64,000 nucleotides of DNA from Blastocladiella emersonii ATCC 22665 (lineage: Eukaryota; Fungi; Blastocladiomycota): positions 558,001 through 622,000 of the forward strand of contig JANHCV010000008.1 of assembly GCA_025594325.1 (NCBI GenBank), written 5' to 3'. Positions within the stretch are counted from its first letter, which is position 1. Each line of letters starts with the position of its first letter. Made by a program: the position numbers and the translations under genes. Positions 41,786 to 54,274 of this stretch are shown in pieces. The notes under the pieces were generated by a model. It had not been told where the DNA came from and searched no databases. It saw nothing but the letters and a program-made list of their open reading frames with translations.

Positions 41786-43985
41786 GCAGAAAACTACTTG
41801 AAGAAAATGTTGATGCCAACAGAAGGAGGCGGGAGACAAGTAGTCAGGGATGTCTGTTCCTGCCTTCAGCCCTGAACCCAAGACGGGGAGAGGGGAGAAT
41901 GGATAACAAAGCAGGGCGCGCCGCAGCGGGGTGCGGCGGCGCGGGAGCGAGGGATTGCGGGCGGCTCACGCGAGATCAGATGATTGATCACTGCGGTCGT
42001 GGCCACATGAACAACACGCAACACGTTCCACTGAAACTTGCCAATATTCAGGGATTTGAGCCCATGCGGAAGTCCAAGGGCTAGATCGGTGAGCCATTTG
42101 GGAGACTTCGGCAAATACGAGGGGCTCAAGAAGAGTTGAAGCGAGCGCAACAAGGTCGGGAGGTAGCGTAGCGGCCAAGACTCCTTGTTGCCGAAAGGAA
42201 TGTTCGAGATGAAGAGGTTCACTACGCTGCTAGGCAGCCATGGGCCCGGCTCAGCGCCTTCCATGTGATATAGAACGCAAGACGCCATGTTAACCGTAAG
42301 TGAACTGAAAGCTGGACCAAGAAAGAGTTGATAGAGCGCGGGAAAGGCCATGCACGATTTGGAAAACGAGATTGTCTCAGCCGAGTCTCGATGCTGCTCA
42401 AGCAAAACTTTGAACAGTGGGGCACCCGATTTTTTGATCCGTCGCCGATCGATCCAAATTCTGCGCATGTTGTCGATGCCACTTCGAATCATCCAAGACG
42501 GGACGCTCTTGGTTCCGTCAAATAAGGCGCCCTACCTCAGCTGCTCCGTTAGGAATATGTCAAAGTTATACATGTGCTGGAACGTACCTCGTCCATGAAT
42601 GCGCGGACCGCGCCCATGCGATCAAAAGCGTCCACTGGAACTGGAAGACCCGTGGTTCGCCAAGCGTCTAGAAAGGTAAAATGACCTGCGTCGAAAGCCT
42701 GCGTCAGAGGCTCGACAAGCTGAAAGGAGAAATCGCGACCCAGCTCCCGCCATAGCTGTACGGCTGCCCAGTTTCCTTGGGCGATGGCGCTGCTCAAGCC
42801 GGGCCCACCAAGTGCGTGGTTGACGATTGCTCGGATGACCCGAGGAGCAGTACGTCGAGGCATTACTCGCGCATAAGGTGCAAGAACAACCACATTCTCG
42901 CCCTTGGGGTGAAGGATGACGGCTTCAACAAGAATCAGCTCGAAAACGGCCGTCAAGTTGAGCGAGAATACAGGCTCGCCGCCTGTTCGCCGTTGCATCA
43001 AGTGTTGATTCATGGTTTTCAATAGGCTGCTGTGCGTCGAGTTGAAGGAGGGAGGCAAGAGCGTAGCTGAGCGACGAGCGAGCCTCGATGCATGCATACA
43101 TGTTTGGCACGTGATGCCTTGGGGCCTAGTGCTTGCCTTGTGCTTGGCGCATCCGAGTACGAGCTTGCTTTCCGTTGAAAACACGCCACACTGAGTTTCG
43201 TGCCCCCATGCGTTTGGTAAGCCAAAAGTTGAGAGGCAGCTTTGCGGCATCTGTCAATGACGCCCGCCTGGGCTTTGAGCTGGCAGGATTGGTGGAATCG
43301 GGAGCTCGAGTCGAGAAAAAGCCGGGAGCAAGGAGTCCAGAGCAAATGGTTGAGGGTGGGCTCTATGGAAAGAAGCGCTGGAGGGCGAGGCCGATAAACG
43401 GGAGCGTCAACTAGAAGCGGTGTTCGGGCTTCACACCCGCACGCAAGCACAGGTCAAGATCGAGAACGGGACCCAGTACATCAAGAGCAAGATGGACGGT
43501 GACTCGAGTGATGCGGGGTGTTGAAAAATCGGGTCATAAGTTGCAAGGAGCCCGCCTGCGCGAACCAACGAGGCTCAACCCGTCAGGACGGCAGCCAAGT
43601 CATCTAAGGACAAAGGTAAACTTCCCATAAAGCAGTTGCAGCAAGTGCTATATCATCCATTTGGTTCCATGTTGCGTGAAATGAGTGAGCGAGGGCGCGC
43701 TGATGTGGCGCGCAAATCGCTTCGCGCCTCGCCCGTTAGTCTCACGCCACGTGATTGCTCGTCGCGTCTCAAATATGCGAGATCCCCGGTTGGTCGCTCA
43801 GCGTGGGCGATCGGGCTATACTGAGTTATGAGGCATTCAAGCGCCAACTCGAACGCGTAAGGGCATTAATCAATCCTCCCTTGGACTTGCTCTGTTTCAA
43901 ACAAGTTGTCGCCGTCAACACAACCCCAACGAGCACCACGCACGGAATTTTCCGAGTGTACTCACCACATATATTAATGCTAAGA

Positions 43986-46339
43986 CTAAGCTCCCACCAC
44001 GACCTCGCACCTCGAGTACTGGGCCCGGAACGACGCGACGCGTGGATCGTTCTGTTTGATGCCGTGACCATTGACGCTCAGCTTACGAAGGTTTCTCAGG
44101 CCAGAGCCAGTAAGCCACTCAAAAAAATCTGCCGTGATATCGCTCAAGCGGAGCGGGTTCCGTGCAACCAGATGCGCCAGTGAGTCAAGGAAAGCTGCGG
44201 CGCCCTGATCTCCCACCCCGTGGGTGCGGATCGCAAGCCGTTCAAGCGACGGTGGCAGGTGTGCCGCGAGGGAGGCCGCCTAAGCTGGGTTCAATTCATG
44301 AGCAAAAATAGTGAGGCGCTTGAGGCCGCGAGGCAGCTGGGGAACGAGGTGGGCGAGATCGACCACGCTGGACGAGGTGTAGTTTACATTATAGACTTGA
44401 AGCGTGGGCGGGAGCATTTTGAGTGTGATCGCATTGCCGTGATCGGCCGGGACTCAGCCTGCCACGCTGAGAACCGTGAGACCCGATGGAAGGTGCTCCA
44501 CCAACCGCGCCCAATCCGTGGGGCTTGGCGTCGTGATCCCCGTCGGCCGCGTGAGATTGAGCGATTTCAAGGACTGCAGCAAGCACGGGACGAAGAGGCG
44601 ACCGCACTCGCCGAAGATGATGCTGCCGTCGATTTCTAGCGACTTGAGCGTGGGCGGAATGTGGGCAGTAAGCGCAGCCGCCGTCTCCGCATTCCAATGA
44701 TGTGAGAGAAGGCAGAGTCGGGTCAGCGTCTGCGGAAGCCCGTGCAAGAGATCGAGCAAGTGCGCGGAGTTGGTTGTCAGTAAGCAGTTCAAGGACGTTC
44801 GGTGTGATATCGCTCAGCTTGAGCGTAATCTGCTTGATCGGGTGCGACAGCGCGTGGATTACGTCCGCTGCGCCCTGGTCACCTAGACCGCCAGTAGAGA
44901 GCAGCAGGCGTTCGAGCGGCGGCGGCAAGTGCGCGGCGAAGTACAATGCCGAGACTGGGTCGACTTGGCTTGCGTAAAGGTAGAGGCGCTTGAGGCCGCG
45001 GGGCAGCTGGGGCGCGAGATGCGTGAGATCGACCCTGTTAAGCGGGGTTTACTCCACTTTGAGGACTGTAAGGTTCGTCGGAAGCGTCTGTGGAACAAAT
45101 TCGGGGCCAGGATTAGCGGGGATACAACTGGTTACGTGAAGAAAAGTGAGGCTGCCCGGAAGATGGGCCACGAGCCGAGCCCAGTCCGCGGCACTTGGCG
45201 TCGCGTTTAATGCCGGCTGTGTGAGCTTGAGCGATCTCAAGCGCCGCGGCAAGCACGGGACGAAAATGCGACCGCACTCGCCGGAAATCACGCCCGCATC
45301 AACCTGAAGAATCCCAAGTGTGGGCGGAAGGTTTGCTGCAAGGGCGGCCGTCGTGTCGAGGTCCCAGTGAGCCAGGGAAATGCGGAGGTCGGCGAGCTTT
45401 TGGGGCAGTGCATTCAGCAGATCCACTGTGTAAGACGGGACGGCCCACATGCGGCTCGGAACGAACCCAAATGTGAGACATCGAAGCGAGGAGGGCAGAT
45501 AGCGAAACGGTCTCGTTGCGTTGCTGCTAAAGCGAACATTGACGATGGTGGGGCGCTCGAGTCCATTCGGAAGCCAGTTGCCAACCTCTACCTCGGCCGT
45601 GCAGTCCACGATATAGTCGATCAAGTCGAACCAGTTGATGTAAGGAAAGAAGATGTTTAGCTGCCGGAAGACAGGTAAATCGATCAAAAACCCATTGAAT
45701 AAGAATTGCCGAGCGGCGCCGCGATACTGGGCAAATGGTTGATGGAGGAGGGGTGCATGCGAAGTCTTGACGCGCTGGCCATGGATAGCGAGCTGGGCTC
45801 CCGATACAGAGCAAGGCCGGCTCAACACATTGGCCTGTTTGTTTGTATTTTTGTCGAAGGTAGCATTCTAGCACACCGATCGCGTCAGTAGAGCCTCACC
45901 CACCATTTGCTTTGGAACGGACCTCATTCAAGTAGACGTGGAACAGGCTCCCGGGCACTAGTTCATCAATCGACAAAGGAAGCCCTGCCGCTCGCCACTT
46001 GTCAAGAAAGCTGAGGTGGCCAGCGTCAAAAGCATCGTTGAGCTGTTCCCTGCAATCGTCCAGGAGTTCTCGACCCGCCTCGAGCCAAAGCTTCACCGAA
46101 ACCCAGCAGCCCTTGGCGATGGCGCCGCGCAAACCCAACACGCCGACGGCTCGGTCGACAATCGCGTGGATGACGTGCGGAGCGTCCCGGCGCAGCATGA
46201 CTCGCGCATACGGTGCAAGAAGTGTTGGGTTCTCGCCCGCGGGGTGAAGTCGCACGGCTTTGACGAGAATCGACTCGAAAATGGCCGTCAAATGGAGCGC
46301 GAACGCGGGTGCGCGTTGCTGCGGCAAGTGTAGATCCAT
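43986..46339 (-). pseudogene. LRR family copy 3, with internal duplication and several frame breaks
   Basis: N-terminal exon MDLHLPQQ..TAIFESILVKAVRLHPAGEN, LRR fragments in several frames, and a C-terminus RVASFRAQYSRC matching copies 1 and 2. Confidence 0.7.
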
Positions 46340-46896
46340 GGCTTACAAGTAGACGTGTGGGGGATATGAGGGAGAGCGAAAGCTCGGTGGTCACCGGGCT
46401 CGCTCGGCGGCCAAGGACCAACGAGGAATGCATGCATATCCGCGCGCTTCGAGCGGCTCAAGCCCCGCCGCCCAACACGGCGATACGCTGAAGTGCTCGT
46501 GTATGCGGAGCTGCACGATCAGGCCCTGCGGAAGCACTCGTACGACCGCGGAAGCGCAATGGTGCAAGCGAGATTCAACTGGCCAGCACGCCGTGACGTT
46601 CTTGACCAAGTCACCACGACGCGATGCTGTTGCAGCAAGTGAATTTCTCTCCATTCGCTTCCATGTCACGATATGTGAGTCCGCGTCTTCGCGCTCTGCC
46701 GCCGCAGGCGCCGGCCGCTCGACTTGCCTCCCTCGCACGCGTGTCTCACGACACGTGATGTCTCTAACGCGCTTTCGCCGACGCGTCTCTGTCCTTCGTC
46801 TTCCGCTGTCCTCGTCCCGCACCCGCTCGCTCTCTCCTCGCTACTAGACTACTCATAGACTACTGCACCCACTACGCATCAACACCTACTGCAAGA

Positions 46897-47642
46897 ATGG
46901 GCGCCTCCAGCAAGACCCCGCGCAAGAAGCTCGTGCTCGTCGGCGACGGGGGCACGGGCAAGTCGGCTCTGCTCATGACGTACATCAAGCGCACGTTCCC
47001 CGTGGTACGCCTCGCCCTTCCCCTCCCGCTCTCCCCGCACCCACTCACCCCCTCGCGCCGCGCGTGTAGGAGTACATCCCGACCGTCTTCGAGAACTACG
47101 TGGCGTCGCCGACGTACAAGCCGGGCAAGCGCGTCGAGCTGTCGCTGTGGGACACGGCGGGGCAGGAGGAGTACGACCGCCTTCGCCCGCTGTCGTACCC
47201 GGACGCGGACCTGGTGGCCATCACGTTCATGGCGGCGTCCTCGCCCAGCGCGCACGAAGGCGACGTGCACACGAAATCGGTGTCGGCGCGCGCCTCGTTC
47301 AACAGCGTCCCCGCGAAATGGTACCCGGAGGTGGCGCACTTCTGCCCGGGCGTGCCCGTCGTGCTCGTCGCCACGAAGACGGACCTGCGCGACGAGATGG
47401 CGGCTGCGGGCACGTGTCCCGGCGCCAACTACGTGACGACGGGCGAGGGCCACGAGATGGCGAGCCGGATCAAGGCGGCCGGGTATTTCGAGACGTCGGC
47501 CAAGACGTGGACGCCCGACGACATGGACGGCTTCTTCAACCAGCTCGCCGCCATTGCCATGCGCGACAAGCGCCGCGGGTCGTCCGGGTCCAGCTCGTCG
47601 CTCGGCGCGCGTGCGGCCGCGCGCCAGTGCCTGCAGATGTGA
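46897..47642 (+). CDS. Rho-family small GTPase (Rho4-like), intron 47005-47069
   Basis: [46 protein letters not shown] and a CAAX box CLQM; the GT..AG intron restores the frame. Confidence 0.93.
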
Positions 47643-47751
47643 TGCTCGCTGCTGCTGTGTGATAGATAGAAGAAGAAGAAGATACACGAAACTGATATGT
47701 ACACAAGACATCGCTCGATCACTCTCGCGCGCACCATCGCGCTCACTCTGC

Positions 47752-50700
47752 TTACACAACCTTCTGCACGACGCCCGGGTCGAGGTACGTGGCGAGCGTG
47801 AAGGCCACCTTCTCCTTGGACGGCTCGCCAAACAGCTCGTGCACGTCGAGCATGCCGACGATCGCGAAGAACTCGGGCGGCGACACTAGGTCCCACAGCG
47901 TGGCCACGAGGGTCCCCGCGAGCCGCGCCGCGGCCGTCGCGTCGGCCGCGTGGTACTGCGCGAACAGCCACTCGACCTCGATGGGCGACACGACGCCGTC
48001 CTTGAGCATGGCCGCCACCACGTACGCGACGGCCGCGACCGTGCTGCCGTTGATCATGTCGAGGATCCCGACGTCCATGCCGGCGAGCGTCTCCATGACG
48101 TCGCGCACCGCGTAGAAGGCGCCGCGCAGGCCCAGGTACAGCGCGGCCACGAGCATCTCGCGCGCCTTGAGCTTGATGCCGAGCGACAGCAGCGACTTGA
48201 TGTACGACCGCATCGCCACCGGGTGCAGGTACGCGAGCCACGCCAGGTACGCCTCGAGCGGCGCCTCGTCGCCGTCGCGCAGGTAGTTCTCGAGCACGCG
48301 CTTCAGGTCGGGGAGGTCGTGCGTCATGAGCCCCGCGGACGTCGCCGCCGCGGCCGCGGCCATGGCCGCCACGGGAAAGGCGGCGGATGTCGGCGTCGTG
48401 CTCGCCGCGGTGCCCGTCGCCGGGAACGTGCCCGTGGGCGACATCGGCGACATGGGCGCGCTGCCCGCACCGCCGTACATGGCGGCGGCCGCTGCAGCCG
48501 CTGCGGCGGCGTACGGGTCGGCGACACCGCCCGGGGGCGAGCCCGAGGCAGCCGCCGCGGCCGCGGCCGCGAGGTAGTGCTGCAGGTACGCCGCGTCGGC
48601 CGCCACGTTCTGCTGCTGGTTCTGCTGCTGGTAGTCCTCATACCCGCCGGTGCCCGGGACCGCGTACGCGTCGCCGTACGCCTGCTGGGCCTGCTGCGCG
48701 AGGAGCTGCTGATAGTAGTAGTCGAACCCGGGGGCCGCGGCACCAGCCGCCGCCGACCCGCGCCCGAAATACTCGGCCGCTGCGGCCGCCGCTGCAGCAG
48801 CCGCCGCCGCCTCGGCCGCGTACTGCTGCTTCTGCTGCTGCTGCTGCTGGTACGCCGCGTACTTGGGGTCGACGGGGGCGCCGCCGACGCGGCCCGACCC
48901 GCTGCCCGAGCTGCCGCCGGTGCGGTCGACCTGGGCGGGGAAGAACCCGGCGGCAGCGGTGGCCGAGACGGGCGACGGGGCCGCGGACGCGCGGCGCATG
49001 GGCGAGATGGACACCTCGGTCTGCGCGCCGGTCCCGCCACTACCAACAGGCGAGTACCGGCGCGGCGTCGCCGACGACAGGTTGGGCGGGGTCCCGCGGC
49101 GCTGCATCCCGAGCACGGTCGGCGCGACGGGCGCCGTGGGCGTGGTCGGCGAGTCGAACGCGGCGCCGCTGCGGTACCCCTCGCGGGCGCCGAAATCGAC
49201 GGGCACCGTGAGGTTGCGCGACCGGTTAGGCCGCACGGCTGCGGGGGCGAACTCGCCCGTCGGCGAGCCGGGGGACCCGAACACGGCGATGCGCGACAGC
49301 GCCTCGAGGTTGGCCTCGACCTCGGCCTGCGCGAGCTGCTGCTGCTGCACGCGGTGCGTGTTGGTGCCGGCGGGCTCGCGCGGGAACAGCTGCTCGACGG
49401 GGCTCTCGACGTGGCGCGGCGACGTCGACGAGGACGCGGGCGCCTGCACCGACAGCGTGCGGGCCGCCTCGCGGAGCAGGTGTTCGGGTAGCAGGCCCTC
49501 GTACCCGGCCAGCGGGTTGTGCTGCTGTTGCTGCTGCATCTGCGCGTGGTGGTGCGCGGTCGTGTCCCACGGCGCGCGCGGCGCCGAGAGACCGCGGAGG
49601 TGCGCCGTCGACGTGGGCTCGGCGGGCGCGCGCGACAGGCCGACGAACCCGGCGCCCGACGACGACGCCGGGTCGCGCGACCGCGGGCCGCCGCTGCGCA
49701 GCGGCTCAAACCCGTTGCGGTCGGACGCGCTGCTGCGGCGCTGCGCGTACTGCGAGCCGGGCGGCGCGTGCACGTTGCCGAGCAGCTCGTGCGGGACCGT
49801 GGTGCGGCCCGACGGGAACCCGGTGCCGTTGCCCGACCGCGTCGCGGGCTGCGTCATGGTGCGCGAGCGGGGCGCGGCCGACGTCGGGCCCGTGTCGCCG
49901 CGCCAGTGCGTGTGCGTGGTGGCGGCGGCCGGCGCGTGGTGCTGCTGCTGCTTGGGGCCGAGGCCGAACTGGCTGAAGGCCTCGTCGATCGACCACATGG
50001 ACGGGAACCCGGACCCGGACCCCGACGACGTGGGCGCGACCGTCGCGGCGCGCTGGCGGCGACCACCGGGCGCGGACCCGTGATGATGGTGGTTGTTGAA
50101 GTTGGCCGCGTGGTGGTGCATCTCCTGGTAGTGGTGCGGCATGGCGAGGAAGATGGGCACGCCGTTGACCTTGCGCGTCTTGGTCGTGCGGTTGTTGCTG
50201 TTGCCCGACGGGTCGGCGCCGTTGCCGCGCGTGGCCCACGAGCTCGAGCTCGTGTTGGCGAAGGTGGCCGAGGCGGGTGTGGTCGGCGACAGCGGCCAGT
50301 CGGCGTGCTCGGTCGTCTCGGCGGGCTCGACGGCGAGCCCCGCGACCGCGTGGTCGGCCGGCAGCGACTGCGCGATCGCGAGCAGCTCGTCGCGCGCGTA
50401 CCGCGTCACGCCGTCGGGGCCGGGTACGCGCACAGGGACGGCCGGCGCCGCACTCGTCGCGGCGGCTGCGCTGGTCGGGCGTGGCGTCGTCGACGGCGAC
50501 CGCGGAATGTCCTCGGGCTCGCGCGGGTCCTCGTCGTCGTCGAGCGCCGCCGCCGTCACCACCGCCGACACGTCGGCGAGCTGGCCCTCGGCCGCGGGCG
50601 CCGCCGCCACGGGCGAGTAGGGCGTCGGGGTGACCGAGAGGTTGGGCGGCGGGTTGCGCTTGCGGCGGCGGGCCGAGGTGCGCTGCTTGATGAGCGCGAT

Positions 50701-51136
50701 GGGCTCGAGCGCCGTCGACGTGGCCGACGGCGGCGTGTCGTTGCCCGACGTGGACGCGGGCGGGCTCGCGTGCAGGTGCTTGGGCGCGTCGTCTGGTTCG
50801 CGGGGATCGGTCGAGTGATTAGCATCACGGACGCGATCAGGGTCAGCGCGCGGGTCGGAGACGCGTACCGTGCGACGACGCTGAGTTCTTGAGGCGGCGC
50901 GCGTCCTGGATCGGCAGCGGCGCCGAGGCCGCGTGCTTGGCCTGCGTCACAGCGGGCTTGGACGCGCCGTTGGCCGAGGCGGTGCGCGAGCGGGCCGACG
51001 ACGACGCGCCGCCGCCGCGCTGCTGCTGGGCCTTGGCCGTGGCGGCGGCGGCCGCGGCGCCGGGCGGGAGGAGCGCGGCGCCCGACTTGGTGGTGGCGGT
51101 CGCGGGCGACGGCTGGTGGTTGGGCGGCGGGGCCAT
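47752..51136 (-). CDS. Large low-complexity protein with a YxxxxL-hydrophobic (eIF4E-binding) motif and a helical MA3-like C-terminus; intron 50868-50793
   Basis: RYARDELLAI fits the canonical 4E-binding motif. The intron has a GTACGC donor, a GCTAAT branch-like site and a CAG acceptor and preserves the frame. Confidence 0.6.
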
Positions 51137-52347
51137 GGTGGCGAGGAGGAGAGGGTGATGATCTCGGGGGTGATGATGGTTTGCGGGTGTATGGCCGAGT
51201 CGGAGAGACGCTCGCGGGGTGCACGCACGCGAGTCGGGAAGGGTGGAGGGAGGGCAGGTACGGGTGAGGAGAGGGTGGAGGAGAGCGCGCCGTTTGCGAG
51301 GCAGCAAGGAGGCGTGTGGTGGTGGTGGTGCGGGTAGTAGTGCTGTATCAGAGAGTAGGCGATGCGGGTGCGTCCGTGCGGTGGGGCGGGCCGGCGGCGA
51401 CGAGAGGGCGGAGGGGGGAGAGAGAGGACAGAGACGATGATGGCGCGCGGTGATGAGGCCGAGCGCGTCGGAGGGGGGAGGGAGGGGGAGAGCGGGGACC
51501 GGACGCGCGCGGGCAGGGCGGGCGAGCAGGCCGACTGAGACGCGTGTGCGTGGGAGCGCGGTTCCAGGGTGATGGGCGGGCGGCGGGCGGTGGGAGCGCG
51601 CGGTGGGAGCGGTCGCGGGCGCGGCGCGTCCCGGAAAACGCGCGTGGCTGATGGCGGTGAGAACCGTGTGCAACCTGGCCGGGCAGCTAAAAATCAAGTG
51701 CGAGACACGCGCGTCAGAGCGGGCGGGCGGGTCGCGACTCGCTGTCTCGCAGGAGCGGTCCCGAGATGCGTCCGAGCCCTCGCGCTCGCGCCTCTCGTCA
51801 CACCGAATGCGGGCGCGTACGTGTGCCGCGGCGGCGGGGTCGCGCGTGGCGGAGCGAGGGGCCGAGTCGGAGGGGTGGCCTGGTCGCCGTGCTCTACGGC
51901 CGTTGCATGCGCTCTTCCGGGACGGGGAGAGGGAGAGGAGCGAGGAGAGAGGCGGCACCGCTCGCCCGACCATCGCGATGCCGATGGCCGCGCATGTTCG
52001 ACTCGGCACAGAGCTGACTCAGAGCTCGGCGCGGCCCCCGATGCACACGCTCGTGGTGGCCCCACGCTCTTGGAAACGTGGGCGCGCTGCGCAGCGCTCG
52101 CGCGATTCCGCGCGTGGGAGCGACCGTGAGAGCGCCCGACGCGATCGCGTCACCTGACCCGCCACCGCCACCGCCACGCCGCCGCCGCTCACGTGCGCCT
52201 GTCTCGCGCGTCGCGCCTCGTCTCACGTCCGGTGAGAGACGCGTTAAGCCGAGCGCTCCGCCTTGTCTGGAAGGGTCAACGGATCAGGCCGCGCACTCGT
52301 TCACTCCCCGCGATCACGACCATGCAGTTCCACCAAATCTGGCCCCC

Positions 52348-53595
52348 ATGGAGCAACCCCACGCAACCGCCGGGTCGCCGCACGGCACTCCGGCGCACCC
52401 GCTGATCTCTGATGCCAGGGCAATCAACTCGCTCATCTGCCTGGCCGTCGCCGCGTGCATCAACTTGGTCGCGCTGGCTGTCCTGTTTCCGCGCACGTTT
52501 CCGGGACTCGCTGCGCGCCTCATCTCGCCCGAGTGGGGCTACCGCCGCCCTAACCTGCGCGTGCGTCTTCTCTCTCTCAATGCTCTATTCCTCCTCATCG
52601 ACGACATCAACCAGTTTGCCTTCATTTACTCGGTCTGGCAAACGGGCCACGCCGCCTTTCTCGCCTCAAAGCTGATTCTCATCCTCTTCTACCTGCCCTC
52701 GGGCCCAATCATCCTCGCCGCCTTCGCCCTCCGCACTTCGGTCATTCTCGTCGAGGACCCGACGTGGCGCCGCCGCTACCTCGCTGCCATGTTTACCTTC
52801 TCGACCTCGTTCACCGGCTTCTTCTGGTACCTCGGCTTCTCGACGCTCGCCCGCATACTCGAGCGCAACGACCCAAACTTCTGGTTCAACAGCCTGATCG
52901 TGCCGCCGTGGTCGATACCCTTCTTATTCATCCAGCCGGCGGCCCTCCTCGTCGCCTCAGTCACCACTCTGCGCGTCGCCTTTGGGAACACGTCCGTCGT
53001 CGTGCGCGTCTCTGATGACTCGGGCGGGGACAGCGGCTCGAGCGGACCGCCGCCCCCGTCGTCGCCGCCGCCCGAACGCATCGCGCTCAACGATATCGCG
53101 TCGCCTGGAGCGAGCTCGGCGCTTCAACCTCCGTCTCCGACAGCAAGCTTGTCCCTCCACCCGCCGCCGCCGCACCGCGTATCGCGCGTCTCGCTCAGCC
53201 AAGTCTTCGACTTCTTCCCCTCGCATCGCGCGCGCCGCCACGCGCTGAGCCCAACACACCCGTCGCCGTCGGGCCAGCCCCGCGCGCGCGGTGTACAGGT
53301 CCCGCTCACGGTCACGTTCAAGCTCCTCACTGTGGCCCTGATCCTCCTGTGGTGCCTGCACCTGATCCAGCTCGCGGCACCGCCGCTGCCGTGGCTCGAT
53401 GTGCGCGCCGGCGCCGCGTCCGCGGTCTCGTCAGCTCTGGGAACGCTCGTCGAGGTCTCGTTCGAGTGGGTGTTCCGCACCGCGCAGGCCCGCGTTACGG
53501 CCGCGCGACGGCGCAAGTCGAGCAACGCGATCGCGTCGCCGATTCCGCATGTTTCTGTCGCTTTCACAATGGCGGAGTACGCTGAACCGATATAG
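52348..53595 (+). CDS. Multi-pass (about 7TM) membrane protein, unrelated in sequence to the paralog trio
   Basis: About seven hydrophobic segments with a long P/S-rich loop before the last two; probable ATG at 52348. Confidence 0.6.
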   Translation: MEQPHATAGSPHGTPAHPLISDARAINSLICLAVAACINLVALAVLFPRTFPGLAARLISPEWGYRRPNLRVRLLSLNALFLLIDDINQFAFIYSVWQTGHAAFLASKLILILFYLPSGPIILAAFALRTSVILVEDPTWRRRYLAAMFTFSTSFTGFFWYLGFSTLARILERNDPNFWFNSLIVPPWSIPFLFIQPAALLVASVTTLRVAFGNTSVVVRVSDDSGGDSGSSGPPPPSSPPPERIALNDIASPGASSALQPPSPTASLSLHPPPPHRVSRVSLSQVFDFFPSHRARRHALSPTHPSPSGQPRARGVQVPLTVTFKLLTVALILLWCLHLIQLAAPPLPWLDVRAGAASAVSSALGTLVEVSFEWVFRTAQARVTAARRRKSSNAIASPIPHVSVAFTMAEYAEPI

Positions 53596-53809
53596 CGGTC
53601 GAGCAAGTCTCATGGGGACTCGTGTCCCGGTGAGAGGCCGCTGTTTAGCGGCTATGAGTTCACTGCATTAAGTTAGGGCCCGTTTGGTTCCGGGGTGAAT
53701 CAGGTGGATCAATCGATTTTACACGGTCCGGTGTTCACCCAGCTGAAACGTGGCATTTTCACCCCGTCGCGTTCATCGCGGCGTTTGGGTCGACCCCCGG
53801 ATGAGCTGA

Positions 53810-54274
53810 ATGGAACCCTCGTCGCTGAATTGCCCGTCTGCTCGCCCCCGAAACCTTCAGGCTGTGCTTCCCGGCCTATATAAACGCTGTTTTCCTTCGT
53901 GGGGCGGCTCGACCACCACCGGCGAGTACTCGCACCTCGAGCAGGACGGCAAGGAGTCTGGTGATGTGGAAGGTGTCGATGGTCAAGACGACGCGGCCCC
54001 CGCCAGCAAGCGCAGCCGCACTTCGGACAGCAGCTCGCGTCGCCTCTCGGACTCGGAATTCCTCATGGGCATCAAGGAGGTGTTCCAGAGCGTCGCGACC
54101 GCCGACTCCAAGCCCGTCCTGACCGCCGCACTTGAATGGGTCCAGGACGCGTACAACGACAATGAAGAGTACCAGATCGACGTCGCCACCCGCCTGACCG
54201 AGGATCAAGCGCTTCGCGTCATGGCCGTGTCCGAATCGAAGCGCAAGCGCATCCTCGAGATTTTCATTCAGTAG
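53810..54274 (+). pseudogene. Probable truncated second (Myb/SANT-partner) ORF of the PIF element
   Basis: Lies convergent with the transposase inside the TIRs; only an acidic/helical C-terminal-like part is visible and no Myb domain. Confidence 0.4.

Larger units (their letters stand above)
36700..42023 (-). mobile_element. Ty3/Gypsy chromovirus LTR retrotransposon, defective
   Basis: 216-bp LTRs (36700-36915 and 41808-42023) with TG...CA ends, TSD CGTTC, a polypurine tract at 36916-36928, and gag and pol remnants. Confidence 0.95.
35989..43013 (-). pseudogene. LRR family copy 2, split by the Ty3/Gypsy element
   Basis: The N-terminal exon MNQHLMQ.. is paralogous to copy 1. ..GKFQWN stops at the TSD and resumes at 36694 with AAMTAVL and (T)ANIPRKL, with a further 1-nt frameshift near 36676. 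Confidence 0.8.

Noticed and set aside
47789-52226. Many long overlapping or antisense ORFs (also at 3750-5063, 17227-18897, 24460-25686 and 37117-38571)
   Set aside because: These are shadow ORFs expected from very high GC3; the opposite frame carries the recognisable protein.
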